Of a DNA stretch of 64,000 nucleotides, positions 33,801-45,838 are shown in pieces. The notes below the pieces were generated by a model, which saw nothing but the letters and a program-made list of their open reading frames with translations, was not told where the DNA came from and ran no database searches. A program made the translations under genes and the position numbers. The first letter of the stretch is position 1. Each line of letters starts with the position of its first letter. Source of the stretch: Caecitellus pseudoparvulus (lineage: Eukaryota > Protista > Bigyra: Bicosoecida); assembly GCA_965644315.1 (NCBI GenBank), contig CBFFRQ010000047.1:32756-96755 (forward strand), in the 5' to 3' direction.

Positions 33801-36800
33801 CTTGAAGCAGATGCTCCCTCGCTGCCAGGCTACGCAGATGTGGAACCCCTAGTGGGATCAAGCTGCACATTCCTCGTGCTGAACGGGAGTTCTTTTGGAG
33901 CGGCGTACACCTTCCCCAGTGTGGGGGGGGTTAGTCTCGAGCCGGCCTCGCCAGCCCCGCCCCCACCAACAAACTTCACAGAGTGGCTGTGGGGGCCAAA
34001 CATGAACAACCTCACAGCCACACGCAAGGATGACCATGCCGCCCCGAAGCCTTTTGTGAAGGATCCGCTCGTGCCCCTCACGGGCGTGTCGCCGGCCTCT
34101 CCAGGCTGGATCTGGACGACATCAGCGGGCGTGAAGCAGCTATACGTGGATGCTGGAGCAACAGACTACATCCTCAGCGTATCCAACCTCTCACTGAGTG
34201 TGGGGCCGAACCTACTGGAGAGTGCCACTGCTCCGGAGTTGGTACCGTTGCCAAAGCGCTTCGTCGCTGCCTGGGACCACGACTTCATCAAGCTGCGCAT
34301 GCCGGACCAGGGACAAATCATGGTGTGCAGTGGTCGTCCAGACATCACTGCGAGCACTTGCACTAAACTAGAACCCTATGAGCAAGTATCTCTGGACTAC
34401 GGAGACGGGAACGGGTGCCCTGTGGTGGAGGAATTCAAGGGAGCCCCCACCCAGGGGGGAGGCCCTCCAGGTTCCCAGGCGTACTACGAAGTCATCATCA
34501 AGACCGCCGAAGGACTCACAGCTGCGGTCTGTGAAAACGAGAATCTGAACATTCAGTTCCTGTTCGGCACGGAGGTCAGGCCGGCTCCCATGGTTGGGAC
34601 GTACCACCAGAAGACGTCTGGCTATGCTGCGCTCCTTGAAACAAACGAGTGCCTCATCCGGTTCCTTGCCCCAGAGGGGGCTGGGAAGGGAATCCGCTTC
34701 TATGTTGCCCTGGGGAAGGCATACGATGAAAGCTCGTACTGCACCTTCCAGTATGCACTGCCCGTGCTGACAGCAGCACGCACTTTCGCCTCGCCGAACG
34801 GGACCTCCCAACTTCCTGCGCTGCGGACTGTCAGCTCGGTTGAGCCGGCGTCCTCGCTACCCCTGACATGGCACACAGTCCCTGTTTTGGAGACGGGGGT
34901 CGGTGCCAGCGGGATGCTCGCACGTGGAGTCGGGGCGCACGCCCACATCCTTAGCGGCCCCGTGAGCAACCTACGCATCACCGTGCCCAGCAACGGCGCC
35001 ATCGTTCACCTCGAAGGCAGCAACTTGGGACGCGGTGCGTGGGGCGGGGTTATGACGATGGCAAGTCAAGACCAATCGCTGAGCCAGTTTGCAGCCGTGC
35101 TGGCAGACATTCGGCCTGCCCTCGCCCAAGCTCAAGTCCAGCAGGTTGTGCCCTCTGGCATCCTGGAGGACGGCCTGGAGGTGCAGCTGACGAGCAATCA
35201 CACCACAGCGATCATTGTCGTACCTCCACTGTCAGATGGAACCATGGGGCACCTGGCCTTGCGTGTGGGGGGGCAGGACATGCCGCAGTTTGTGCAAATC
35301 GCCTACGAGCCGCCAGCCGTGAACTCAGTGCAACCAAGCCTTGGCAACACGACTGGTGGCCAACGCATTGTCATCCTTGGCACCAATTTCGGGACAAACG
35401 CATCAGTTGTGACAGTCAGCATAGACGGGAGGCTTTGCTCAGGGGTCCGTATCTTAGAAGCTTTTACGAAGCTGGAGGCTTTCACGCCTGTCGGCGAAGG
35501 CGTGGGACATGAAGTCGTGGTCAGCGTTGCCGGCCAGAGCTGTGCAGCCAGCTGCCTTGCAACCTTTAGCTATCATGCTCCTACGCTCTTGTCCGTTGAG
35601 CCGCAAGACCTCCCAACAGATGGCAGCAGCACCATTACCATCCGTGGCTACAACTTTGGCGTGCCACAGCAGCTGCGTGGCGGTGAGCCGCACAACGCCG
35701 CCCGGCTGTCACCCATCGTGCAGCTTGCCCCAACGCGTGTCGGTGACCTGCGGTACACCGTGCCAGACCCTCTCATACCCTTCGCTACACAGTCACTGAG
35801 TCCCTTGGCACTGCATGGCGGCCAGTTGTTGAGAGTGGATCATGGCGTGATTGAGTTGAAGGCACCCCAAGGCCAGGGAGGCATGAGGCTGCTGGAGCTG
35901 CTCGTGGCCGGCCAGCGGTCCACCAATACCATCGAGATGCGATTCCAACCCCCGCATGTGCAGGCCATGGAGTACCACAGCACACCCACGCGTGGATACG
36001 TGGTGAAGTTGGTCGGGCTGAACTTGGGGCGCTTTGAACCAGCAACGCCAGCTGCCATTGATGGGCTCCTGCGGGCACAACCCAGCTCACCTGCAACGTC
36101 GAATGCGAGGTTCGACCGGTCACTTGGAAGCAAGGGGGCGGCCAGCGGCATGAATGTCACGGTTCTGGCCCCTGGGACCGGCACAGGCCTGCCATGCCTT
36201 GGATTTGAGGACAAGCTGTCGATCTTCGGGGACCAGGTGCCGAGGTGGAAAATGGCCAAAAGTGGAGAAAGGGATGGAGGTGATGAAGAGCGAAACACCG
36301 TGTATGACCTACCACGCTTTCATTCGTACCACTTCTGCGTGATGCCTCCAGGGTTTGGGCCGAATGTCACAGCGGTGTACTCTCTGGACGGTGTGCCTGG
36401 ACAGGGCAACTTCACAGTGCAGTACAATCCCCCCTTCATCGCTCGAATGACGCCAAATGTCGTCAATGCTGCGGGCATGAATGGGCTCCAGGTATTCGGG
36501 GAGGACTTTGGGCCGCCCATCGACCAGCCATTCGGGACTCGCACGAACGTGGCGCGCCTGATCATCGGCTCGGCTAACTGCTCGGAGCTCCGAGTCTCGA
36601 CCTCCCGCAGTATTGAGTGTAACGTCGGCCGTGATACAATCGGAATGAAAGTTGTAACGCTTTCTGCAGCTGGGTACGTAGGGATCCAGTTTCCAAAGGT
36701 GACTGCCTCAGCATCACCAGCCGAACACAACCTTTCCGCTCGTGCGCTACTCGAGCATGAAGCCAATGCCCTTGATCGCGTTCTGGAAGCCCAGCCCTCC

Positions 36801-39272
36801 GCTGTAGGAACAAGGCACCATGTTTCCCTGTCCCCATTCTCTGACTCCCTGTACTATGCACAAGTATACACGGTGCGCCCTTTCGCTCGCGGTCTGGCAG
36901 TGGACGCTGACCTTGAAGATGCTCTTGAATCTGCGTACATTAACGACCTGGAGATCATCCCCAGACGCAGCGCATATGACACACACTACAAGATGAGTAT
37001 GCTGTGTGATGCCGAGCAGTACGGCCAAGTCGGAGAGTACTGCGAGCCGTGCCCACAAGGAGCTGTGTGCCTGTCGGGAGCAGACCAGGGCTGCGCCGTG
37101 TGGGGCAGTGATCCGGTGAGGTGCATCGAGTTTGTTGAGCCCTTCAGCATGGCCGGTTGGTGGAGCGAGCCGGTTCCAACCTCGGACAGATTCTGCCATG
37201 GTCCGAGGCAGGCTGGGGCGAACGGCTTGCACCCGCTTGGGCGACCATACCCGTACAATTTGACGTGCCCCAGGATGCTGCCTTGCGAGCCCAGCAGCGC
37301 GTGCACAGGCAACAACACGTGCAAGTATGGCTATGATGGATACCGCTGCAAGGACTGCCTGAAGGGGGAGTTCTACCGTGTGGCTGGGGAGTGCATCCGA
37401 TGCCCGCAGATGGCCGAAGTGTACATCGCTCTGTTCTGCGTGGGCATCGTCCTGCTCTGCATTTGCGGGTACATCTTGAACAGAAAGAAGATGCACCTGG
37501 CGTTCATTTCCATCGGGGTGGACTACATGCAAGTGCTGGCCATCTTCTCCAGGTCAAAAGTGCGGTGGCCTGCCTTCATCCGGGACATGTTCAGGCTGAT
37601 GTCCATGTTCAACCTGAACATTGACATTACGGCCCCTGAGTGCGCCATTCCGGATGTCAGCTACGCCCAGAAGTGGTTCGTCATTGAAGCCCTGCCCCTC
37701 TGCATTGGGGGCTTGCTTTTTGTCGTCTACATTGCCATCCTGTTCTACAACAGCGTGGTGAAAGGGGTCAAGGGCAAGGCAGCCAGGGAACACGGGACCA
37801 CCATCACAGCCATGTGTACACTCATGATCTACTACATGTACTTACTGCTGACACGGACAACATTTGACGTTTTCAACTGCCAGCCGACGGACCCGCCTGA
37901 CGGGTACGAGCTCGGGTACATGGAGGCGGTCTTCGAGCGCTGCTACGAGCCGGGGGGCATGCACATGATGCTGCTGGGGCCAGCAATCGCCACTCTTGTA
38001 GTGTACGTGATCGGCTATCCAGTCGGTGTTATGTATGCACTGAACAAGTACAAGTTTCAAGTAAAAGGCGACCAGATCCTGCGCGCGATGGACTTGGGTG
38101 ACCAGCCCTCGAGCCCCTTCTACCGCATCCGTCGTGTGTACCACAAGCTGTACTACCACTTCTTGCCCGACAAGTGGTACTGGATCATGCTCATCATCTT
38201 TCGGAAGTTTTGCATCGCACTCACTTCCCTCATGTTCCGGCGAACGCCTTCGTTCCAAATGGCGCTGTGCTTCTGCATCCTGTTCTTCTCATACGCCATG
38301 CACGCCCAGCATGCGCCATACATGTCCATGGCATCGAGGCGGCAGGTGGTCCTGCTGCACTACAAGCGAATGGAGGGTGAGGCCGGTCTCCCCAGGGCTC
38401 AACAGACCCACACACTCATTGACCAGCAAATCGCAAGCTGTCGGGCGGATGCGGTGAAGGAGCGACGGAGGAAGCGCACGAACATGGCAGACATTTTTGC
38501 CGCGACGGCCATTCCGGGAAAGGACTACCTTTTCTCATATAACACTATGGAGGCAGTGCTACTGTCCTGTGGCTGTTTCGTGTGCTTGTCAGGAATCATG
38601 TTCCAGACTGGAGATGATTCGAATCCCGTCTACGCAGCTCAGCGTGATGTGCTAACGGTGCTAGTGATGGTAGTTGTGTTTGGCTCTCTTACCTACTTCT
38701 TCACCGTATTTGGCACGGAAGTCATGGTCACGTTTGGGTGCTTGTCTGGCCCTCCGCAGGGCAGGAGGGGGGTTGCCCTCTTCGTCACTGGCGTGCTGTG
38801 CTGCTACACAGGTGTGCTGAGCCCCGTCGGGGCGTTCTTGTGCAGGCTGGCCACGCGCCGGCCCCCAGTGGACGACAAGCGCCGGCGTTCCTTGGCGAGG
38901 GCGAACAAGTCCCTGGACGACGCTATTGACCTTGGCGGCGAAGACACTGGGGTTGGGATGAACCCCCTTGCATTGCGGGCCGCTGCCACCAGGGGCGCTG
39001 GCGTGGACATTGATGCAGTCCTCAAGAACAAGTTCCCGCCCAACACCCAGCAGTGGCTTGTTGTGCAGGAGCGCTGGCGCCAGCTGAATGTTGAGGAAGC
39101 CGATCTCCGCCTCACTCTGTCCGGACTGCAGACATCCGCAGCGCCCGTAGCCTCCAGGGCGAGCCTGGAGGGCAGTGCAGAGGAGAAGGACCGCGTTCGG
39201 GGGCCGACACGGCAGAGCAGCGGTGACCCACTACTGCAAGAGAACCCACTTCTTCGCTCGGGCAAGCGCTGA
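24865..39272 (+). CDS. Giant (~4700 aa) cell-surface receptor: signal peptide, IPT/TIG, Cys-rich CPAG repeats, about 10 cadherin repeats, many IPT/TIG domains, multipass TM domain
   Basis: Signal peptide from ATG 24865 (MPPTNVVVCTALLQLAWLWG) followed by small 5' exons whose boundaries are uncertain, then ORF 25287..39272. Cadherin linkers NLNDP, DVNEPP (x3), DANDPP, NMNEPP, YNDPP, NVNEAP, DINEKP, NVND, plus LDYE/LNFE/LDFE motifs. Many hydrophobic helices at about 37420-38850. Confidence 0.9.
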
Positions 39273-39325
39273 TCGTGCGGCTGTGGCATAGGACGGCGCA
39301 GAAGCAGCCATGTTTGTGCATTGCC

Positions 39326-41730
39326 TCAGTACATGGCATCGAAGCGCTCCTCAATGAGCTGCACCAGACCGTCAAACTTTGCACGCAAGTCCTCCTCCGA
39401 CTGCGTTGGTGACTGTGGCCGGAGCAAAGGGGGTGGGCACGTGCTGCGAGGCGGACGGGCGCGCGCGGACATTGTGCCTTCAACGCACCTCAAACTTCAT
39501 CTGCACCAATTCATCCAGGAGATCATCATGGTTCGTCGCAAAAACCTTCCAAGAAAAGCGGTCAGAGCTCACTTCGCTGCTGCTTGTGTCAGCGATGGCC
39601 TTGTGGCAACGCTCGTAGACCTTGACGAAGCAGCGCAGCATTCCCAGCTGCGAAAGAGGGGCGGGTCAGGCCTGGTCGCGCTGCTTCGTGGGCAGGCACA
39701 GTTTGCTGGGGTAGCGACGCACCGACTTCTCCAGGGGGCAGTTGTAGTCGTGCTCAGAGAAGGCGTCTTGCTGCAGGAAGTCCTCCCGAATCATGCGCGC
39801 GACTTCCAGGGTCACACGCTGGTCCTCACTGAGGTTGTCTTGCCCCACCAACTGGACAATATCCATGAGAGCACCTTCCTCTGCCAGGATATCTCGCGCA
39901 GTGTCGCGCAGGTGCGTGTAGTCCCGGTGGTAGCCCAAGCCATCGAAGTACGGCCCCAGCACACGCATGTACTTTGAGAAAGACAGGCTCCAGTTGACTG
40001 ACGGGAAGTGCTTCCGCTGTGCGAGCTTCTTGTCCAGGCCCCAGAATACCTGCACAATGTTGAGGGTGGCTGCAGTGACAGGGTCGGAGAAGTCGCCTCC
40101 TGGGGGGGAGACGGCCCCCACCACGGACACCGAGCCTTCCCTTTGAGGAGAGCCCAAGCACACAGCGCGGCCTGCCCTCTCGTAGAACTTCGCCAATCGG
40201 TTGGACAGGTATGCTGGGTAGCCTCCGTCAGCCGGCATTTCTCCCAGTCGGCCAGAGATTTCGCGGAGAGCTTCTGCCCAGCGCGATGTGCTGTCAGCCA
40301 TGAGGTTGACATGGAGTCCTTGGTCGCGCAAGTACTCTGCGATGGTGATGCCTGTGTAGATTGACGCCTCACGGGCAGCGACAGGCATGTTGGAGGTGTT
40401 GGCCACCAGGCACGTGCGGTCCATCACCCCGACCTGCTTGCCATCAACTTCGATGGTGAGCTCGGGGAAGTCGCTGAGCACCTCTGCCATTTCGTTCCCA
40501 CGCTCGCCGCACCCAACGTACACTGTGGCGGATGTGTTGGAATACTTGGACAGAGCCTGTGAAATGCACGTCTTTCCGCAGCCAAAGGCACCCGGGATGG
40601 CACACGTGCCGCCAAGCACAGATCTGCGAGAGGCAGCGCGAGTGAGCTGGTTCAAAGTGCGGGTATGTGAAGCACCGACGAACGCACGGGAACAAGACGT
40701 CCAGCACCCGCTGCCCCGTGATGAGTGCCTTGTCGCCGGGAAGCTTGGAAGCTACGGGGCGGGGCTTGCGCACAGGCCAGAAGTGGCTCATGGACACGGT
40801 CTTCACCTTCCCTGAGCGCTTGTCCTTGATGTCCATGAGGGGGTCGTCCAGCGTGAACTCCTCATGTCCATCGCCGCCTGCGCCGTAAATGCGCACGATC
40901 TCCCCCGAGATGTTGGGGGGCACCATGATCGCGTGAGCTGACATGAGCTCGTTCTCGGCTGCGGTGCCGATGATGGTGCCTCCCGCGATCAGCGCGCCCT
41001 CCTTGAGACCCTTCGCGGGCGTGTAGGGGTATGCAATGGAGTGGTCCAGGGACGCTACCGAGACACCCAGTGGAACGAAGGGACTGCGAAAAACGCAGCG
41101 GGCAAGCAGCGTATCAGCAAGCCGACAGGGACAGGGGGGCGCGACCCGCGCAAGGGGCCTACCTCTTGCCAGACATGTCGTAGATCTTTTGCAGTGGGCG
41201 CTGGATGCCGTCGAAGATGTTCCCCATCATGCCAGGGCCCAGCTCCACAGAAAGGGGAGCCAGTGTGCGCTGCACCACATCCCCCACACACAGCCCAGCT
41301 GCGCAGCACAACGTGGCAGGTGCTTGACCTTGCACTTCGACAAGCGGGGCCTCGGACACACTCACAGGTGTCTTCATAGCATTGGATGCTGACAGTGTCC
41401 TTGCTTAGCTGGATGATTTCACCGACGAGCTGCTTAGACCCGACACGAACCTGCACGGGGGCAGCAAGTTCCGCAGTGCCGCCCACCTCGTCCATAAGCC
41501 CTAGGGCGTGGCAGAAATCGAGTGCAGGCGATGAAAACATACCAGCTCGTACATCTGTGCGCCACTCATGTTCTCCGCGACGACAACTGCGGCAAGCGGA
41601 TCCCCTCACAGTCAACGCAGGCATTTGGCGTGGTCTACTCAGCAGCTCACGCACGAGGCCCAGAAACCTTGTAGATGGAGCCCTGGTGGCTCTCGCGGTC
41701 GGAGAAGTCTCGTACAGTTGCCGCAGCCAT
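39326..41730 (-). CDS. ATP6V1A: V-type H+-ATPase catalytic subunit A (8 exons)
   Basis: Motifs [25 protein letters not shown] (Walker A), [31 protein letters not shown]. Seven GT-AG introns reconstruct a full-length protein ending ...EERFDAMY*. Confidence 0.97.
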
Positions 41731-42001
41731 GTTGGTAAGGTTCGACCTTGGACGCGCGCCACAACCGCACTGGTGGGGAAGGTGGCTCGAACTGGATCCT
41801 GGCACTTCCTTGACGTGCCCACCCAGCAAGGCGAGCGAGCCGTGGAACTGTCACAGCAAAAGTGGTGCAGTGGGGGGTGCGCGGGTTTTGTCTGGCATTC
41901 ATTTTATCCACTCTGCCTCATTGGAGTTGGCTTTGGCGCACAGGGTGAGACAAGGGAGCACCGCAGCAACCCTGCTTCGTGCACCACTCGCGTCATCCAT
42001 C

Positions 42002-45000
42002 TCACGCCACGGGGGTAGAAGTGAAGCTCAGTGGTCTGACCATGCGAAGCAGCCGCAGCAGCGCATCCGTGAGAGCAGGAGGCGCCGCCTCCATGAGGGC
42101 TGGAGCCTGGGGAGGCAGCCTCGTGCCCATGGCGGCCTGGGCGCACAGCTGCGCAGGCCCCAGCGCGGCAGTGGGAGGCAGCTTGTCCTCCGTGGCGCCC
42201 AGCAAGGACCGCACGCAAGCCCCCTCTGGGGCCGCGCTGTCGAAGGAGTACTTCAGGTACCGCCACGCAGTGGGCATGTCCAGCGCACCTCCGCCTGACG
42301 GCAGCAGCGCGGCGAACGATGCGTCCCTCGCTCGCAAAATGGCGGCCGAAGCACGCTCCGCCTGAGCCAGGCGCAGGTCCCCAACTGCTTCCGCAGCAGC
42401 CTCAGCAGCCGCCTGGGCAGCTGCGGAGCGAGACACGGCTCCCGGCGGGGGGGGCACTCGTTTCTTGTCCCCCTCAGCCCTCGGGGAGTTGGCCCAGGTA
42501 CTGGACGCGAACTCCAGCGCACAGGCCATGCGGGCAATGTCCCGGTACGCGATGGCCTCCACCGGCCCAGCCTTCACTGACAGCACCTCCGAATCCGAGG
42601 CGGGGAAGTCCTCTTCTGCCCCACCTTCAGGTTCTGCTTCCTCTTTGCCCTCAGCGGCGGGTGAGGCTGGGACGGGAAGCTCTGCACCTGGAGTGGGCGG
42701 CTCGGCCTTGCTCTCAACGTCACCTTCCTTGCTGTCGCCTGCTGCCGTGTCTGGCAGGGCAGCGCGTGGCGTGGGAGGCAGAGACGTGGAGGTCGCAGTG
42801 CCTGCAGTGTCGGGGCGTGCAGAAGGGGGCAGGGAAATGCCGGGAGGGGGCGTGAACTTGGGGTTCTGGGGGGGCCCAGGGAAGTCCCCCATGAGCACCG
42901 CCGCGCACTCGTCGTCTGCGATGATGTTGATGCCGACGTCACGCAGGGCCAGCAAGAACTGCCCCACGCCGAGGCGGGCAGCGCGCCCCGTGTCCCCTGA
43001 GAGTCGGGCGAGGGAGGGCAGCTCAGGCGCCAGCAGCGTGCAGCCGTCCACACCGACCTCCATGACCAGGTCAAAGCGTTGTGTGGCCAAGGTGACGATG
43101 ACTGCAGAGGGGGTGCCGACCCCCGTCGGTGTTGGAGCCGGTCGCACGCTCCAGGATCGGTAGGGCATGTCCAGGTACCGCGGCTGCACGAGGGCCTGGG
43201 GCCGCATCCAGGTCGTGGAGAAGGACAGCAGGTTGCCGTCCAGGAAGGGCTCAGCCTCTTCATCCACCACCCAGCCTGAAGCAGGTGGCAGCAGCGCTGC
43301 AGCCGTGACACCCGACACAGCCGGCACTTGCACACCCGGCAGGGTGCCGGGCGGGACGTCGAAGGAGGTGGGGGGGGGCTTCGCGGGGGTCATGAAGGCC
43401 CCCGACGCCTCGGGCACCATGGCATCCAGGCTCCAGTAGGCCATGTACAGCTCGGGTGGGGGGACCAGGCTGTCCCGCATGGACACCTCCAGCCTCACCG
43501 CGTGCACTTGCGCCGCCTGCCCCTTGCCCTCGTACGGGTGGGGGCGCCGGCGAACGGTGGTGTGCAGGGCGGAGGCTGGCGCCAGGGTCCAGCGCCGGAT
43601 GCTCTTCCCCTGCACGGGCTTCTCCAGCAGTTCGACGGAGATCACGCCACCCAGCGGCAGCCACAGGTTCTTGTCCTCCACCGCCGGCAGGGCGGGGAGG
43701 GGGGCCAGGCAAGCGCCCTCTGCCGCGTCAAACGCCGCCGCTGCAGCCAGCGTGTGCGCCTCGTACGCCTGGCAGTACTTCTTCGCCGCCCCGACAATGC
43801 GGTCCTCCAGGGTCTCCTCGGGCTCAGCCGCCTTTCGGCTACGGGAACGGGAGCGGGAACGCGACCGTGAGCGGGAACGACCCCGACCACGCCGAGGCGA
43901 AGCGGCTGCTGCTGCGGCGGCAGCTGCCTCCTTCGCAGCCGCCGCCTCTGCCTCGGCCAGCTCGGCAGCTTCCTGGGCTGCCAGTTCCTGGGCCTCTGCG
44001 GCGCGGGCAGAGGCCAGTCCCGCGTCCAGGCCACTCCCTGCCCCTCGAGGGCTGCCAGTGCCTTGCGCAGTGCCTGGGTGGGGCGGAGGCGGGCCTTGGG
44101 GCTCGGAGGCTGCCAGAAAAGCCGCTTCGAAGGCTGCTGCCGCCTCCACTGACGCTGCCGCCGTATCGTAGTCTGTGTGTAGGATGCGGAGCGCGAGGCC
44201 GGCAGTGGTGATGGCCTTGGGGATCTTGACCTTGATGCCGACGGTGTGGTGGTGCACCTCCAGGGAGCGCGAGCGGTCCTTCAGAGGCACCCACAGCGTG
44301 AAGCGCAGCGTGCCGCCCCCCCGCAGCGTGGCCAGGTGCGTGAAGGCGTCCTGCTGTCCATCAGTGCCCAGCGCGTGGTCGGCCGCGCCCCGCCCAGTGC
44401 CTGTGTCGGCCTTGGCACCAGGCGCAGCGGCTGCCAGGGAGGCTGGCGTCGTCGCGGGCCAGGGAGCGATGCCCACGGTGTGGGCCAGCCGCACCTCGTT
44501 GTCCTCCCGCCCGTCCTTGCCCTGCTTCTGGAAGCGCTTGGCGTGCTGCAGCACCCAGGCGGCGATGGCGTCCAGGCGCTGCGCCACGAGCTGCTGGGCC
44601 TGGAAGCTGAAGAGGGCGCTGGACGCGGCGAGGTGCGCAGCCCCTGCCGCTAGCTCCTGCGCCAGCTGCACGTTCAGGCGGTGTGATACACGCAGCACAT
44701 CGGACAGCGTGCCCAGCTCGCTGGGCAGTGTGTAGGACAGCTCGTCCCGCTGTGGCTCCTCGTCCTTGACAGCGACGAAAAAGCTGCTCAGTTCCGCTGG
44801 GCGGGCAGGGTGGGGCAGCAGCGAGCACGTCATGTGGTATGCCTCGTCTTCCTGTGCTCGCTTCTCCGCGTGCACCTGCAAGACGGCGTGCGCCTCGCCA
44901 GTCAACACGGCTTCCTCGCCAGGGAAGGAATCCTGCAAGTGCTCCAAGCTCTCCTTGCGTGCAGCTTTGGCCTGGGCGATAATGCTGCCCGCTGCCTCAT

Positions 45001-45365
45001 CGACTCGCGCTTTCGTTTCAGCCGTCAGCGTGTCTGCCTCTGCACAGCAACAGGGGCGGACGAGCGACAGGTACAGCGGGGCAGTCCAAGTGAACAGGGC
45101 GCTTGCAAATCCGGTGCCAGTGTTCAGTTCTACGCACCTTCAGTCAGCCTTGCTGTCTCCTCCTCCAGCGCGATGCGTTCTGGGCACGGCGGGGCAGGGT
45201 AGCAGTGCAAGCTGAGCGTTTCCAGCCCAAAATCCGCACGCACCAGCCTCCAGCTCCTCCTTGGACTTCTTCTTGCCCTTCTTGCGCCGGGGCTGTGCAG
45301 CGTGGCGAGGAAAAGGCATGGCAAGCAATGGACGCGGTCTGGTCACCTCCAACGCCACTCACCAT
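42002..45365 (-). CDS. DNAI7: Dynein axonemal intermediate chain 7 (CASC1/IC97)-like
   Basis: Spliced N-terminus M|PRRKKGKKKSKEELEAERIALEEE, with introns at 45293-45362, 45180-45243 and 45040-45137. Later motifs CSLLPHP, ALVQPRYLDMPYRSW, AYRDIA...FASSTW and the C-terminal VRPLSF match CASC1-family patterns as I recall them. Confidence 0.75.
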
Positions 45366-45838
45366 GACGGATGCTCGTGCTTCGCGATCGAGCTGCCGAG
45401 CCTGGCGCTGGTGGAGGTCGTGCAGGCAGCGGGCGGCCGCTGCTGGCAGGCAAGAAGTGCAGGGGCTCGCAGCAAATGACGGCGTGGCAGGCCGTGCCGG
45501 GCTCCGGGGTGCACCCGAGTTGTGTTGGAATTGGATGTTTTGGCATTTTAGAGCGCACGAAGGCCTCAGGACATCAGAATCCAAGAGCGCTGCCAAAGAG
45601 TGAGCTTAGCAGCCATGCACGCAACACCTTTCCACATTGTGAGACACTTGGAGGAGCAAGCGGTGACACAATGCGAAGCGCACCAAAAGCCACACAAACA
45701 GGACGACCAGCCCTCCACAAGGGCGGTGAAATTCACAACTTGCTCCGCAGCTGCGGGCAGAGCGCGCCTTGACGCTGTGTGAGCAGTGCTGCTGTCCAGG
45801 CTGGCTGCTGGAAACGCTGGCGCCGTGCTGCCTGCACC

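Noticed and set aside
40480-40540. VMA1-type intein in V-ATPase A
   Set aside because: The insertion-site region [11 protein letters not shown] is contiguous, with no inserted sequence.
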